Assembly (NCBI GenBank): GCA_965248835.1
Contig: CBDFLJ010000001.1
Location: 96,001 to 160,000 of the forward strand
Length of the DNA: 64,000 nt
Direction: 5' to 3'
Source of the DNA: Alphaproteobacteria bacterium
GTDB taxonomy: Bacteria > Pseudomonadota > Alphaproteobacteria > MPNO01
Below, one piece after another: positions 1-9,267 of the stretch (position 1 is its first letter; each line of letters starts with the position of its first letter). The notes under the pieces are model-generated. The model was not told the DNA's origin. It was given only the letters and a program-made list of their open reading frames with translations, and made no database searches. A program made the position numbers and the translations under genes.

Positions 1-2
1 AG

Positions 3-539
3 ATGATGTGGCACACCGACACCATGTACGTGCCCAACCCGCACAAGGCGACGACGCTGTTTGCCGTCGAGATCCCCTCGCGGGGCGGCAACACCAGGTT
101 CTCGAACCAGTACATGGTCTATGACGCGTTGCCCCCGGCGCTGAAACAGAGGCTGCGCGGCGCCATGGCGATGAACTGCTACGAATACGGCACCACGGTC
201 AAATCGATTGCGCGCTACGACCGGGCGAGCGTGCCGCACCACCCCCATCCGGTCTTTCGCCGGCACCCCGAGACGGGGCGGACGGCGGTCTATGTCTGCC
301 CGCTGATGACCGAGGAGATCGTCGGGGTGGACGCGGACGAGAGCGCGGCTGTCCTGGCTGAGATCTACCGGATCCAGCGGCGCGCGGAATTCGTCTTCGA
401 ACATGTCTGGCGCCTCGGCGACATGGTGATGTGGGACAACCGGTGCCTGCTGCATTCCCGCGCCGACTTCCCGCGCGAGGAGCGCCGGCTGCTGCGCCGG
501 GTGACGATCAGCGACGAGAGCGCGGTGCTCGCCGCCTGA
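3..539 (+). CDS. TauD/TfdA family Fe(II)/2-oxoglutarate dioxygenase (5' partial)
   Basis: WHTD (HxD) motif, GGNTRF, HPVFRRHPETGR and WDNRCLLHSR motifs; gene runs off the window start. Confidence 0.9.
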   Translation: MMWHTDTMYVPNPHKATTLFAVEIPSRGGNTRFSNQYMVYDALPPALKQRLRGAMAMNCYEYGTTVKSIARYDRASVPHHPHPVFRRHPETGRTAVYVCPLMTEEIVGVDADESAAVLAEIYRIQRRAEFVFEHVWRLGDMVMWDNRCLLHSRADFPREERRLLRRVTISDESAVLAA

Positions 540-541
540 TC

Positions 542-1114
542 TCAGATGTCGCGACCGCGAAGCTTGTCGCGCAGCGCGCGGATATGGGAGTCCGCTCCGG
601 CCATGTTGGGATGGATCTCGAGTGCGCGGTCGAAGGCGGCGAGCGCGCTTTCCTCCTCCTCCAACGCCAGGTGCACCAGGCCGAGCCCGGACAGCGCCCC
701 GAAATGGCGCGGCTCGAGCGCGAGCGTCCGCTCGATGTCGGCCTTGGAGTCCGCGAAGCGGCCCATCAGGTAGTAGAGCGTCGCCCGCTTGTTCCAGCCC
801 TCGGCGAAGTCCGGCGCGCGCTTGACGATCGCATCGAAGGCGATCAGCGCCCGGGCAAAATCGCGCCCGGCCATCGCGTGCAGACCGACCGCCATGATGC
901 GGTCGATCTCCTCGGCGCCGGAGAGGTGCCAGATCGCCCAGATAGCCTGCTCCGGCTCGACCGCCGCTTCCGCGCTGGGCGCGGCCTTGAGGCGATCGAA
1001 CAGGTCCGGCAGGCGCGGATCGTTCTGGGCCGCAAGACCGATGGTCGCGAAGCTCAGCGTCGCCGCGGTGGCGATCCACGAGAACACGCGTTTCAAGGGG
1101 TCATCCCCGTCCAT
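542..1114 (-). CDS. Tetratricopeptide repeat protein, probably exported
   Basis: TPR-like PDFAEGWNKRATLYYLMG and LEPRHFGALSGLG; hydrophobic signal-like N-terminus; start chosen at ATG 1114, overlapping the glcF stop. Confidence 0.8.
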   Translation of the reverse strand: MDGDDPLKRVFSWIATAATLSFATIGLAAQNDPRLPDLFDRLKAAPSAEAAVEPEQAIWAIWHLSGAEEIDRIMAVGLHAMAGRDFARALIAFDAIVKRAPDFAEGWNKRATLYYLMGRFADSKADIERTLALEPRHFGALSGLGLVHLALEEEESALAAFDRALEIHPNMAGADSHIRALRDKLRGRDI

Positions 1115-2411
1115 CGTCCGTCTCCGCCAATTCGACCGGGCGCGGCCCGCCGTCGGCCCAATCGAGCAGCGCCACAGTATGGACCACCGGGAGCCTGGTC
1201 GCCTTGGCAATCTGGGACATGCAGCCGATATTGCCTGCCGCGATCACGTCGGGGGCCAGCGCCTCGAGATGGCCGGCCTTGCGCGCCCCGAGCGCATCGG
1301 CGAGCGCCGGCTGCAAAATGTTATAGGTCCCGGCCGAGCCGCAGCACAGATGGCCTTCCTGCGGCAGGACAACCTCGAACCCGGCACGGCGCAGCAGGTC
1401 CACCGGCGCGGCGTGGATCTTCTGGCCATGCTGCAAGGCGCATGCCGAATGGTAGGCCACCTTGATCCCGCGCGGCGGCGAGTCCGATCGCGGAACGCCG
1501 ATCCGGACCAGGAATTCGCTGATGTCGCAGGCAAGGTCCGAGATCCGTGCGGCGTCCCGCGCCGAATCCCGGTGATCGCGGAACAGGTGAGCGTAGTCGC
1601 GGACCATCACGCCGCAGCCCGAGGCGTTGACGACCACGGCGTCGAGTCCGGCGCCGTCGATCTCAGCCCGCCAGGCCGTGAGGTTGGCCCGCGCGGCGGC
1701 AAGCGCGCCGGCGTGGTCACCCAGATGGTGGGCGATCGCGCCGCAACAGCCGGCGCCGCGGGCCAGCACGACCTCACAGCCGTTGCGGGTCAGCAGACCG
1801 ATGGTCGCGGCGTTGATCCCGGCGTCCATCACCTGTTGGACGCATCCGGCGAGCAGCGCCACCCGGTAGCGCCGCACACCGGCCGCGCGGTGCACCTCGC
1901 CGGCCGAAGATACCGGGCTGCCGCGCGCGCCGCGCGGGGCGAGCCGGGCCATGCGGCCCAGCGCGCCAGGGAAGCGCCGGGCCAGCGGGCCGGCGAGCCT
2001 GGCCAGCCCCAGCGCCGCCCGGAACCGGCGCGGCGAGGGCAGGATCGCCGCCAGCGCACGGCGCAGCACGCGCTCCGCCACCGGCCGGCGGAAGGTTTCC
2101 TCGATCCGCCGGCGGGCGAGGTCGACCAGATGCATGTAGTTAACGCCCGACGGGCAGGTCGTCATGCAGGACAGGCAGGACAGGCAACGGTCGATATGGC
2201 CGACAACCTTTCGGGTCGGCGCAGCCCCGGTCTCCAGAATTTCCTTCATCAGGTAAATGCGCCCGCGCGGGCTGTCGAGCTCGTCGCCGAGCAGCACGTA
2301 TGTCGGACACGTCGCTTGGCAGAACCCGCAATGGACACATGCCCGCAGGATCGATTCCGCATCGGCGGTATCGGGATCGGCAAGCTGCGCGGCGGTGAAA
2401 CGGGTCTGCAT
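1101..2411 (-). CDS. glcF: Glycolate oxidase iron-sulfur subunit
   Basis: MQTRF start, CVHCGFCQATCPT and CLSCLSCMTTCP ferredoxin motifs, two CCG domains; downstream of glcDE. Confidence 0.95.
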   Translation of the reverse strand: MQTRFTAAQLADPDTADAESILRACVHCGFCQATCPTYVLLGDELDSPRGRIYLMKEILETGAAPTRKVVGHIDRCLSCLSCMTTCPSGVNYMHLVDLARRRIEETFRRPVAERVLRRALAAILPSPRRFRAALGLARLAGPLARRFPGALGRMARLAPRGARGSPVSSAGEVHRAAGVRRYRVALLAGCVQQVMDAGINAATIGLLTRNGCEVVLARGAGCCGAIAHHLGDHAGALAAARANLTAWRAEIDGAGLDAVVVNASGCGVMVRDYAHLFRDHRDSARDAARISDLACDISEFLVRIGVPRSDSPPRGIKVAYHSACALQHGQKIHAAPVDLLRRAGFEVVLPQEGHLCCGSAGTYNILQPALADALGARKAGHLEALAPDVIAAGNIGCMSQIAKATRLPVVHTVALLDWADGGPRPVELAETDDGRG

Positions 2412-2419
2412 CGGGCCTC

Positions 2420-3642
2420 TCAAATCCCGTCATACATACGGCCGGGGTTTAGGATCGCCTTGGGGTCGAAGGCCTCCTTGATACGCGCGCTGAGTGCGGC
2501 GCGGCCGGCCGGCTGCGGGTGGAAGACCGGAACCGCCCGACGCGCGCTTCGGGCGCGCGGATCAGGCTGGCATGGCCGCCGGCGCGGTCGACCGCATCCC
2601 GAACCGCCGGCGCGCCGGCCGCCTCTGTATCGCCCGCCAGCGCCAGCCAGACCAGCCCGCCGCCCCAGTCATAGAACGCCTCGGCGGGCACACTGCTGCG
2701 GATCGCCGCGACGGTCGCCGCACCCTCGGAAGGCGGCACCGACAGCCGCCAGACCAGCATGTCGGAGGGAGAAGCGAAATACGCGACCCCACCGACCTCG
2801 CGCCACAGCGCGGCGGAGTTGCGACCGTGCAGCTCATCGACGTGATGCCCGGGCTCGAACAGCGCGCGCAGCGCCTCGCAGCGGACCAGCACCGACGGCT
2901 CCGGCCCCTCGATCCTGAGCGCGGTGACCGCCCCACCCAGCCCCCTCACCCGCTCGATCGAGGACGCCGCGGCGATGGATGCGGGCAGGTGCGCGGCGGC
3001 GGAGACGTCGTGCTGTCCGGACAGCGCGCGGGACAGCGCGGCGGTGCCCGCCTTGTCATCGAGCCCGCCGATCAGGACGGTACGCAGCTTCTCGGCTGCC
3101 GGCAGCACCTTGACGGTGATCTCGGTCATCACGGCCAGCGTGCCGTAGGAACCGGCCATAAGCTTGGGCAGGTCGTAGCCGGTGACGTTCTTGACCACCC
3201 GCCCACCGGACTTGAAGATTTCGGCCCGCCCGCTGACCGCCTTCACGCCCAGGAAATGATCGCGCACGGCACCGGCCTTGGGCCGGCGCGGTCCCGACAA
3301 ATTGGTTGCGACCACCCCGCCCAGCGTCGCGCCATCGGCCGCACCGCCCAGCAGCGGTCCGAGATCGGGCGGCTCGAAGGCCAAGCACTGGCCGTGCTGG
3401 GCAAGCCGGTCGGTGATCTCCCGCAGGCTGGTGCCGGGCGCCGCCGTGAGCACCAGCTCCTCGGGCTCGTAAAGCGAAATTCCGGCAACCCCCGCCAGGT
3501 CGAGCACCGCATCGGCTGGGCCGGGCCGACCGAGTCCGCGCTTGGTGCCGCCGGAGACCACATCGAGCGGCCGTCCCGCCGACAGCGCCCAGGCGACCGC
3601 CTCGCGAACCTCGTCCTCGGTGGTCGGCCGCAGCACCTCCAC
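2420..3642 (-). CDS. glcE: Glycolate oxidase FAD-binding subunit, with a frameshift near 2540
   Basis: YEPEELVLT and GGRVVKNVTGYDLPKLM motifs; the canonical C-terminus (VPVFHPQP...KEAFDPKAILNPGRMY) is in another frame, ending at TGA 2420-2422. Confidence 0.9.
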
Positions 3643-3649
3643 GGCGCGC

Positions 3650-5137
3650 TCAGAACCGCGGCAGGTCGGGAAAGCGCGTCTCGCCCCGATGGACGTGGAC
3701 CCGGCCGAGTTCGGCGCAGCGGTGCAGCACGGGAAAGACCTTGCCGGGGTTGAGCAGCAGCGCCGGATCGAAGGCGCATTTCAGGCGCTGCTGTTGCTTG
3801 AGGTCGTCCTCGGAGAACATCGTGCCCATCAGGTCGCGCTTTTCCACGCCGACGCCATGCTCGCCGGTGAGCACGCCGCCGACCTCGACGCACAACTTCA
3901 GGATCGCCTCGCCGAACGCCTCGGCCCTGTCCAGCTCGCCCGGACGGTTCGCGTCATAGAGGATCAGGGGATGGAGGTTGCCGTCGCCGGCGTGAAAGAC
4001 GTTGGCGACCCGCAGACCGAAGGTCTCCGACATCTCGGCCATCCGGGACAGGACCTGCGGCAGGCGGTGGCGCGGGATGGTGCCGTCCATGCAGTAGTAA
4101 TCGGGCGAGATCCGCCCGACGGCGGGGAAGGCCGACTTGCGGCCGGCCCAGAACCGGACCCGCTCGTCCTCGTTCTCGCTGATCCGGAGCGAGGTCGCGC
4201 CATGCGCCCGCGCGAGGGCCTGGACCCGCTCGACCAGATGCTCGACCTCGGCGTCCGGACCGTCGAGCTCGACGATCAGCAGTGCGGCCGCATCGCGTGG
4301 ATAGCCGGCGGCGACGAAGTCCTCCGCGGCGTTGATCGCCAGACCGTCCATCATCTCCATGCCGCCGGGAATGATGCCGGCCCCGATCACCGCGGCCACG
4401 CAATTGCCGGCCGCTTCGCTGGACGGGAAGCCGATCAGAAGCGCGCGCGCCGACGGCACCTTGGGCAGGATGCGCACCGTGATCTCGGTGATCACCCCGA
4501 GCAGGCCTTCCGAGCCGGTGATCACGCCCAACAGATCGTAGCCTTCCGAATCCAGGTGCCGGCCGCCGATCCGCACGACCTCGCCGTCCATCAGCACGAT
4601 TTCGAGCCCGAGCACGTTGTTGGTGGTCAGTCCGTATTTGAGGCAATGCACGCCGCCGGCGTTCTCCGCGACGTTGCCGCCGATCGAGCACGCGATCTGG
4701 CTGGAGGGATCGGGCGCGTAGTAGAAGCCCGCCCCGTCGACCGCCTGGCTGATCGCGAGGTTGGTCACGCCGGGCTGGACGACCGCGCAGCGGTTGGCGT
4801 AGTCGATCTCCAGCACGCGGTTGAACTTGCCGAGCCCGACCAGCACCCCGTCGGCCAGCGGCAGCGCGCCGCCGGACAGCGAGGTCCCCGACCCGCGCGG
4901 CACGACCTTGATTCCCTGCGTGTGGCAATATCCCAGGATCGCGGTGACCTGGTCCACCGTCTCCGGCAGCACGGCGACCATGGGCGGCTGGCGATAGGCG
5001 GTCAGGCCGTCGCTCTCGTAAGCCCGCAGCGATGGCCCGTCCTCGATCACGCCCTCGCCCGGGACGATCGCGCGCAATGCACGCACGATCTCAGCGCGGC
5101 GCGCGATCACGCCGGCATCGGGTTCTGGCATCTTCAT
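3650..5137 (-). CDS. glcD: Glycolate oxidase subunit GlcD (FAD-linked oxidase)
   Basis: PRGSGTSLSGG, YAPDPSSQIACSIGGNVAENAGG, HAGDGNLHP and GEHGVG motifs. Confidence 0.95.
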   Translation of the reverse strand: MKMPEPDAGVIARRAEIVRALRAIVPGEGVIEDGPSLRAYESDGLTAYRQPPMVAVLPETVDQVTAILGYCHTQGIKVVPRGSGTSLSGGALPLADGVLVGLGKFNRVLEIDYANRCAVVQPGVTNLAISQAVDGAGFYYAPDPSSQIACSIGGNVAENAGGVHCLKYGLTTNNVLGLEIVLMDGEVVRIGGRHLDSEGYDLLGVITGSEGLLGVITEITVRILPKVPSARALLIGFPSSEAAGNCVAAVIGAGIIPGGMEMMDGLAINAAEDFVAAGYPRDAAALLIVELDGPDAEVEHLVERVQALARAHGATSLRISENEDERVRFWAGRKSAFPAVGRISPDYYCMDGTIPRHRLPQVLSRMAEMSETFGLRVANVFHAGDGNLHPLILYDANRPGELDRAEAFGEAILKLCVEVGGVLTGEHGVGVEKRDLMGTMFSEDDLKQQQRLKCAFDPALLLNPGKVFPVLHRCAELGRVHVHRGETRFPDLPRF

Positions 5138-5221
5138 CGCTGCCCGCCTCGGCCCGGTGTCACCAGGCCGATTCTAGGACGGATCGCGCCGCGCCGCCAC
5201 CGCGTCGGGACGAGCGCCGGC

Positions 5222-5347
5222 TCAGCCCTGGCGAGCCTTGAAGCGCGGGTTCTTCTTGTTGATTACATAGACCCGGCCCCGGCGGCGGACGACGCGGCAT
5301 GCGCGGTCGCGCTTCTTGGCTGATTTGAGCGAGTTGATGACTTTCAT
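5222..5347 (-). CDS. rpmJ: 50S ribosomal protein L36, type B (zinc-ribbon-less)
   Basis: Hand translation [41 protein letters not shown] (41 aa); below the ORF-track size cutoff. Confidence 0.97.
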   Translation of the reverse strand: MKVINSLKSAKKRDRACRVVRRRGRVYVINKKNPRFKARQG

Positions 5348-5397
5348 GACGGCACAACCCGGCGCGGCCGGTTTTCCAAGTTTCCGAGGCGGGCCGG

Positions 5398-5426
5398 ACA
5401 CTAGTCGCGGGGCGCGGTTCTGTCAA
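5398..5426 (-). promoter_or_regulatory. Sigma70-type promoter for rpmJ
   Basis: On the minus strand, TTGACA-17 nt-TAGTGT about 50 nt upstream of the rpmJ ATG. Confidence 0.6.
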
Positions 5427-5601
5427 CGCGCTGTCCTGGTTCAGGACATACCCACCGGGCGTGTAGACGCTTCCGGAACGAGGGTCTAACGTTTCGCGTC
5501 GCGCTTCGGTCCGACCTGCCTGTCCGGCTGGCCCGCGATTGCGGCGCCGGCCCCGCGCGGTGCCCACAGGGGTTGCGCGGGAGCGATCATCGGGAGGTTC
5601 C

Positions 5602-6240
5602 ATGCAGCTCTACACGTTTTTCAGATCATCGGCGGCGTACCGCATGCGCATCGCCCTCAACCTCAAGGGGCTCGCCTACGAGCCGGTCGCGGTCAGCCTG
5701 CCCAGGATGGAGCACCGCGAGCCGGAATTCGCGGCGGTCAATCCCCAGCGCCTGGTGCCCGCGCTGGTCGACGGCCCGGTCACGCTGATCCAATCGGTCG
5801 CGATGATGGAGTATCTCGAAGAGACCCATCCCGAGCCGCCGCTGCTTCCGGCCGACCCCGTCGAGCGGGCCTATGTCCGGGCGCTCACCCAGGTTATCGC
5901 CTGCGACATCCACCCGCTGAACAATGTCCGGGTCCTGATATACCTGAAGGATCAGCTCGATCACGACGAACAGACGCGCAACCGGTGGTACGCCCATTGG
6001 ATTGCGGAGGGGTTCGCCGCCCTGGAAGGACTGCTGCAAAGCCAGGGCAAAGCCGGCCGCTTCTGCCACGGCGACCGGGTCAGCATGGCCGATGTCTGCC
6101 TGGTGCCCCAGGTCTTCAATGCCAAACGATTCGAGTGCCCGACCGATCCTTACCCCACCGTGATGCGCATCTTCGAGGCGTGCCAGGCGCTGGAAGCCTT
6201 CACCCAGGCCGCGCCGGCGCGCCAACCCGATGCGACCTAA
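5602..6240 (+). CDS. maiA: Maleylacetoacetate isomerase (zeta-class GST)
   Basis: MQLYTFFRSSAAYRMRIALNLKGL, NPQRLVPAL and ACDIHPLNN motifs; GGAGG RBS. Confidence 0.92.
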   Translation: MQLYTFFRSSAAYRMRIALNLKGLAYEPVAVSLPRMEHREPEFAAVNPQRLVPALVDGPVTLIQSVAMMEYLEETHPEPPLLPADPVERAYVRALTQVIACDIHPLNNVRVLIYLKDQLDHDEQTRNRWYAHWIAEGFAALEGLLQSQGKAGRFCHGDRVSMADVCLVPQVFNAKRFECPTDPYPTVMRIFEACQALEAFTQAAPARQPDAT

Positions 6241-6266
6241 GGCATGCTGCAAGCGGTGAGGCGGCG

Positions 6267-7625
6267 ATGCGGACGGCTTTCACCGCCGGGCAGCTCGCAG
6301 TGCCGGCAATCGCGGATGCGGACCGGATTCTGAAGGACTGCGTCCATTACGGGTTCTGCATCGCGGTCTGCCCGACCTATGTGCTGCTCGGCGACGAGCT
6401 GGACGCGCCGCGCGGGCGCATAGACCTGATCCGCGCGATGCTGGAGTCCGGCGCCCCGCCGCCGGCGCGCACGGTGGGCTATATCGACCGGTGCCTGTCA
6501 TGCAACGCCTGCATGACGACGTGTGCGGCCAGCGTCGATTACATGCATCTTGCCGACATCGCCCGCGCCTACATCGAAGACACCTACCGGCGGCCCGTGT
6601 TCGACCGGCTGTTCCGCTGGCTCATCGCGCGGACCGTCCCGGACGCCGGGATATTCCGGGCCGCGGTGCGCCTGGCCCGCTTCGCCGGCCCGGCCCGGTG
6701 GCTGCTCCCGGCCCGGCTCGCCAATCTTCTGGCGCTGGCACCGCGGGACCTGCCGCCGTCCGGCGAGCTGGTGGCGGCCGGCCTCTATCCCGCGGCCGGC
6801 GCCACGCGGAAACGGGTGCTGCTGCTCGCGGGCTGCGTCCAGAAGGCGCTGGCACCGCGGATCAACCGCGCGAGCATCAGCGTGTTGACCCGTCACGGCT
6901 GCGAGGTCGTCGTCGCCGGCGAGGCGGCGTGTTGCGGCGCATTCACCCTGCACATGGGGCGCCAGGCCCAGGCCAAGGCCAGTGCGCGGGCGACGATCGA
7001 GGCCTGGCACGAAATCCTCGAACGCGGCCGCATCGACGCGGTGGTCGTCAATGCTTCGGGCTGCGGCACGACGGTCAAGGACTACGGCCGGATCTTCGCC
7101 CACGACGCGGACATCGTGGACAAGGCCCGGCGCATCGCCGGGATGACGCTCGACATCAGCGAGCTCCTCAGCGAGCTCGAGCTCACCCCGCCGAAAGCCG
7201 CCATCCCGCTCGCGGTCGCCTATCACGATGCCTGCTCGCTCCAACACGCCCAGAAGGTGCGCCTTGGCCCGCGCCAGCTACTGCGGGCGGCGGGTTTCGT
7301 GGTCCGCGACGTGCCAGAGGGGCATTTCTGCTGCGGCTCGGCCGGAGCCTACAACATGCTGCAGCCGGCCATCGCGCGTGCACTGGGCGAGCGCAAGGCC
7401 GCGCATATCGAGAGCACCGGCGCCGCGGTCCTGGCCGCGGGCAACCTGGGCTGCCTCACCCAGCTCGAGCTCTATACCGGCCTGCCGGCGCTGCACACGG
7501 TCGAGCTGCTCGATTGGGCCACCGGCGGTCCGATGCCGGCCGCGCTCGACGGCGTTGCGCTTCCTGCGGCGGCGGCGGGCGCACAAATATCGGCGCCACC
7601 GGCTGCGGGCGCGGGGATATGGTAG
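6267..7625 (+). CDS. glcF: Second GlcF-like iron-sulfur subunit
   Basis: Full-length paralog of 1101-2411; the first ferredoxin motif reads CVHYGFCIAVCP. Confidence 0.85.
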   Translation: MRTAFTAGQLAVPAIADADRILKDCVHYGFCIAVCPTYVLLGDELDAPRGRIDLIRAMLESGAPPPARTVGYIDRCLSCNACMTTCAASVDYMHLADIARAYIEDTYRRPVFDRLFRWLIARTVPDAGIFRAAVRLARFAGPARWLLPARLANLLALAPRDLPPSGELVAAGLYPAAGATRKRVLLLAGCVQKALAPRINRASISVLTRHGCEVVVAGEAACCGAFTLHMGRQAQAKASARATIEAWHEILERGRIDAVVVNASGCGTTVKDYGRIFAHDADIVDKARRIAGMTLDISELLSELELTPPKAAIPLAVAYHDACSLQHAQKVRLGPRQLLRAAGFVVRDVPEGHFCCGSAGAYNMLQPAIARALGERKAAHIESTGAAVLAAGNLGCLTQLELYTGLPALHTVELLDWATGGPMPAALDGVALPAAAAGAQISAPPAAGAGIW

Positions 7626-7641
7626 CGCCCCGGCGGAGGGC

Positions 7642-8703
7642 TCAAGACGAAGCGGCCTTCTGTTCCTCGCCGTGGAGCCGGCGGATCGTCCGGCGCATCT
7701 GGAGGAGCGGCTCGTCGGCCGGCAGGGTGCCGCGCGGGTTGACGTCGGCGCCTTTGGTCTCGGGGTCGAGGTCTATGGCGCGCTGCTGGGCCTCGTAGAC
7801 CGCGAGGTCCTCCCGGATGACCATCTTCATCTGCTCGGTGAACAGCGCCTGCTTGTCCGGCGGCACCATCGTGCGGCGGCTGGCCACGGCCCAGAACTGA
7901 TGGGTCGTGGTCGCGGTCTCCGGCGTCATCGCGTGGTGGACGATGAAGCCCCAATGTCCCTGGCTCCGGGGGCGTTCTTCCTGGGCGAGCCCGTCGCCGG
8001 CCCTGGTCGAGCCGTTGCAGATGTCGATATAGGCCGGCGGCAGCCAGGTCGAGACCTGCCAGCGGTCGATCGGCCCGTCATAGGCGGCGTACTGGACGAA
8101 GGCGCTGGCCGGCGCGATGGCCGGCATCCAGCGCGTGACCCGGACGTGTTCGTCCGCCGTCTCGGTGATCAGATCGGCCGATTCCGCGACCGCCCGGTTG
8201 CCGGTCGTCGAGGAATGGACGTAGGACAGGTGCGACAGGTCCAAGAGGTTGTCGAGCACCAGGCGGTAGCCGCCCTTGACCCGCGCCTGGCCGGTGACCG
8301 AGAACCAGTCCGGGTCGGCGATGCGCGCGTGATAGTCCGGCACGTCGGCCGGATCGGCGCGTTCGGGATCGCCCATCCAGATGAACACCCAGCGGTCGCG
8401 TTCAATCACCGGATAGCGGCGCACGCGCGCCCAGCCCGGCACGTCCGCCTGGCCCGGAACATGAGTGCACGCGCCCTGGCAATCGAAGACCAGCCCGTGA
8501 TAGCCGCACTCGATACTGTCTTCGACGAGGCGGCCTTCGGACAGCGGCAGGTTGCGGTGCGGACAGCGGTTCTCGAGCGCTACCGGCGTGCCGTCCTGCT
8601 TGCGGAACAGGACCACGGACTCGCCGAGCAGCACCAGACCGGTCATCGCGCGACCGAGATCCTCGCTCCAGGCCGCGACATACCAGTGGTTTCTCAGGAA
8701 CAT
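7642..8703 (-). CDS. Rieske non-heme iron oxygenase alpha subunit (VanA-like O/N-demethylase family)
   Basis: MFLRNHWY start, Rieske CPHR...CGYHG, mononuclear Fe site DNLLDLSHLSYVH. Confidence 0.92.
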   Translation of the reverse strand: MFLRNHWYVAAWSEDLGRAMTGLVLLGESVVLFRKQDGTPVALENRCPHRNLPLSEGRLVEDSIECGYHGLVFDCQGACTHVPGQADVPGWARVRRYPVIERDRWVFIWMGDPERADPADVPDYHARIADPDWFSVTGQARVKGGYRLVLDNLLDLSHLSYVHSSTTGNRAVAESADLITETADEHVRVTRWMPAIAPASAFVQYAAYDGPIDRWQVSTWLPPAYIDICNGSTRAGDGLAQEERPRSQGHWGFIVHHAMTPETATTTHQFWAVASRRTMVPPDKQALFTEQMKMVIREDLAVYEAQQRAIDLDPETKGADVNPRGTLPADEPLLQMRRTIRRLHGEEQKAASS

Positions 8704-8827
8704 CGTGACCTCCCTCCGGCGGCCGGACCGTATGGCACCGCCGGATCGGGTGTCAACACACACCGATTGATCCCCATGCCGCCAAGGGTCTAGTCTCGCC
8801 CCGACGACAAGCCGGCAAACGCAGGAG

Positions 8828-9208
8828 ATGACGATGTCACTGGTGGCACTGGCAACGAAGGGCAACTACTTCCACGTCTACGACTTCAGGGTGAAGCCGG
8901 GGCGCGGCGACGAGTTCATCGAGAAGTTCGACACGTTCGACTATTCCGATGACAACCCGATGCACAAATCGTCGGCGCAGGTCAAGGACGGCGTGCTGTG
9001 CCGCGACACCGAGGACCCCGACCATTTCTACCTGATCGGCGAATGGTCCGATATCGAGATCCACGCCAGGATCCGCCAGGAACTGGCCGGGATGGGGCTG
9101 GACTTCGTCACCCTGATCGAGGACCTCGACAAGGGTGCGTTCGTGCCGACCTATGCCGAGATCGTCTCGAGCACGCCGCAGAGCGTCCTGGACGCCGCCG
9201 CGCAGTAG
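8828..9208 (+). CDS. Antibiotic-biosynthesis-monooxygenase (ABM)-like small protein
   Basis: FRVKPGRGDEF...DPDHFYLIGEWSD pattern; AGGAG RBS. Confidence 0.7.
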   Translation: MTMSLVALATKGNYFHVYDFRVKPGRGDEFIEKFDTFDYSDDNPMHKSSAQVKDGVLCRDTEDPDHFYLIGEWSDIEIHARIRQELAGMGLDFVTLIEDLDKGAFVPTYAEIVSSTPQSVLDAAAQ

Positions 9209-9267
9209 AGACCCGAGCACCGGGCCGGCGGTCCCCCGTGCAGCGGCCCACAGTAAGGACGGCAGCC

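Noticed and set aside
789-5323. Long ORFs antisense to glcDEF (789-2918, 3542-5323) and similar ones elsewhere (37882-39999, 39866-42001, 55940-58207)
   Set aside because: Shadow ORFs caused by high GC and codon bias opposite well-supported genes; no recognisable motifs
5350-5600. tRNA or structured ncRNA next to rpmJ
   Set aside because: No cloverleaf, T-loop or recognisable riboswitch consensus
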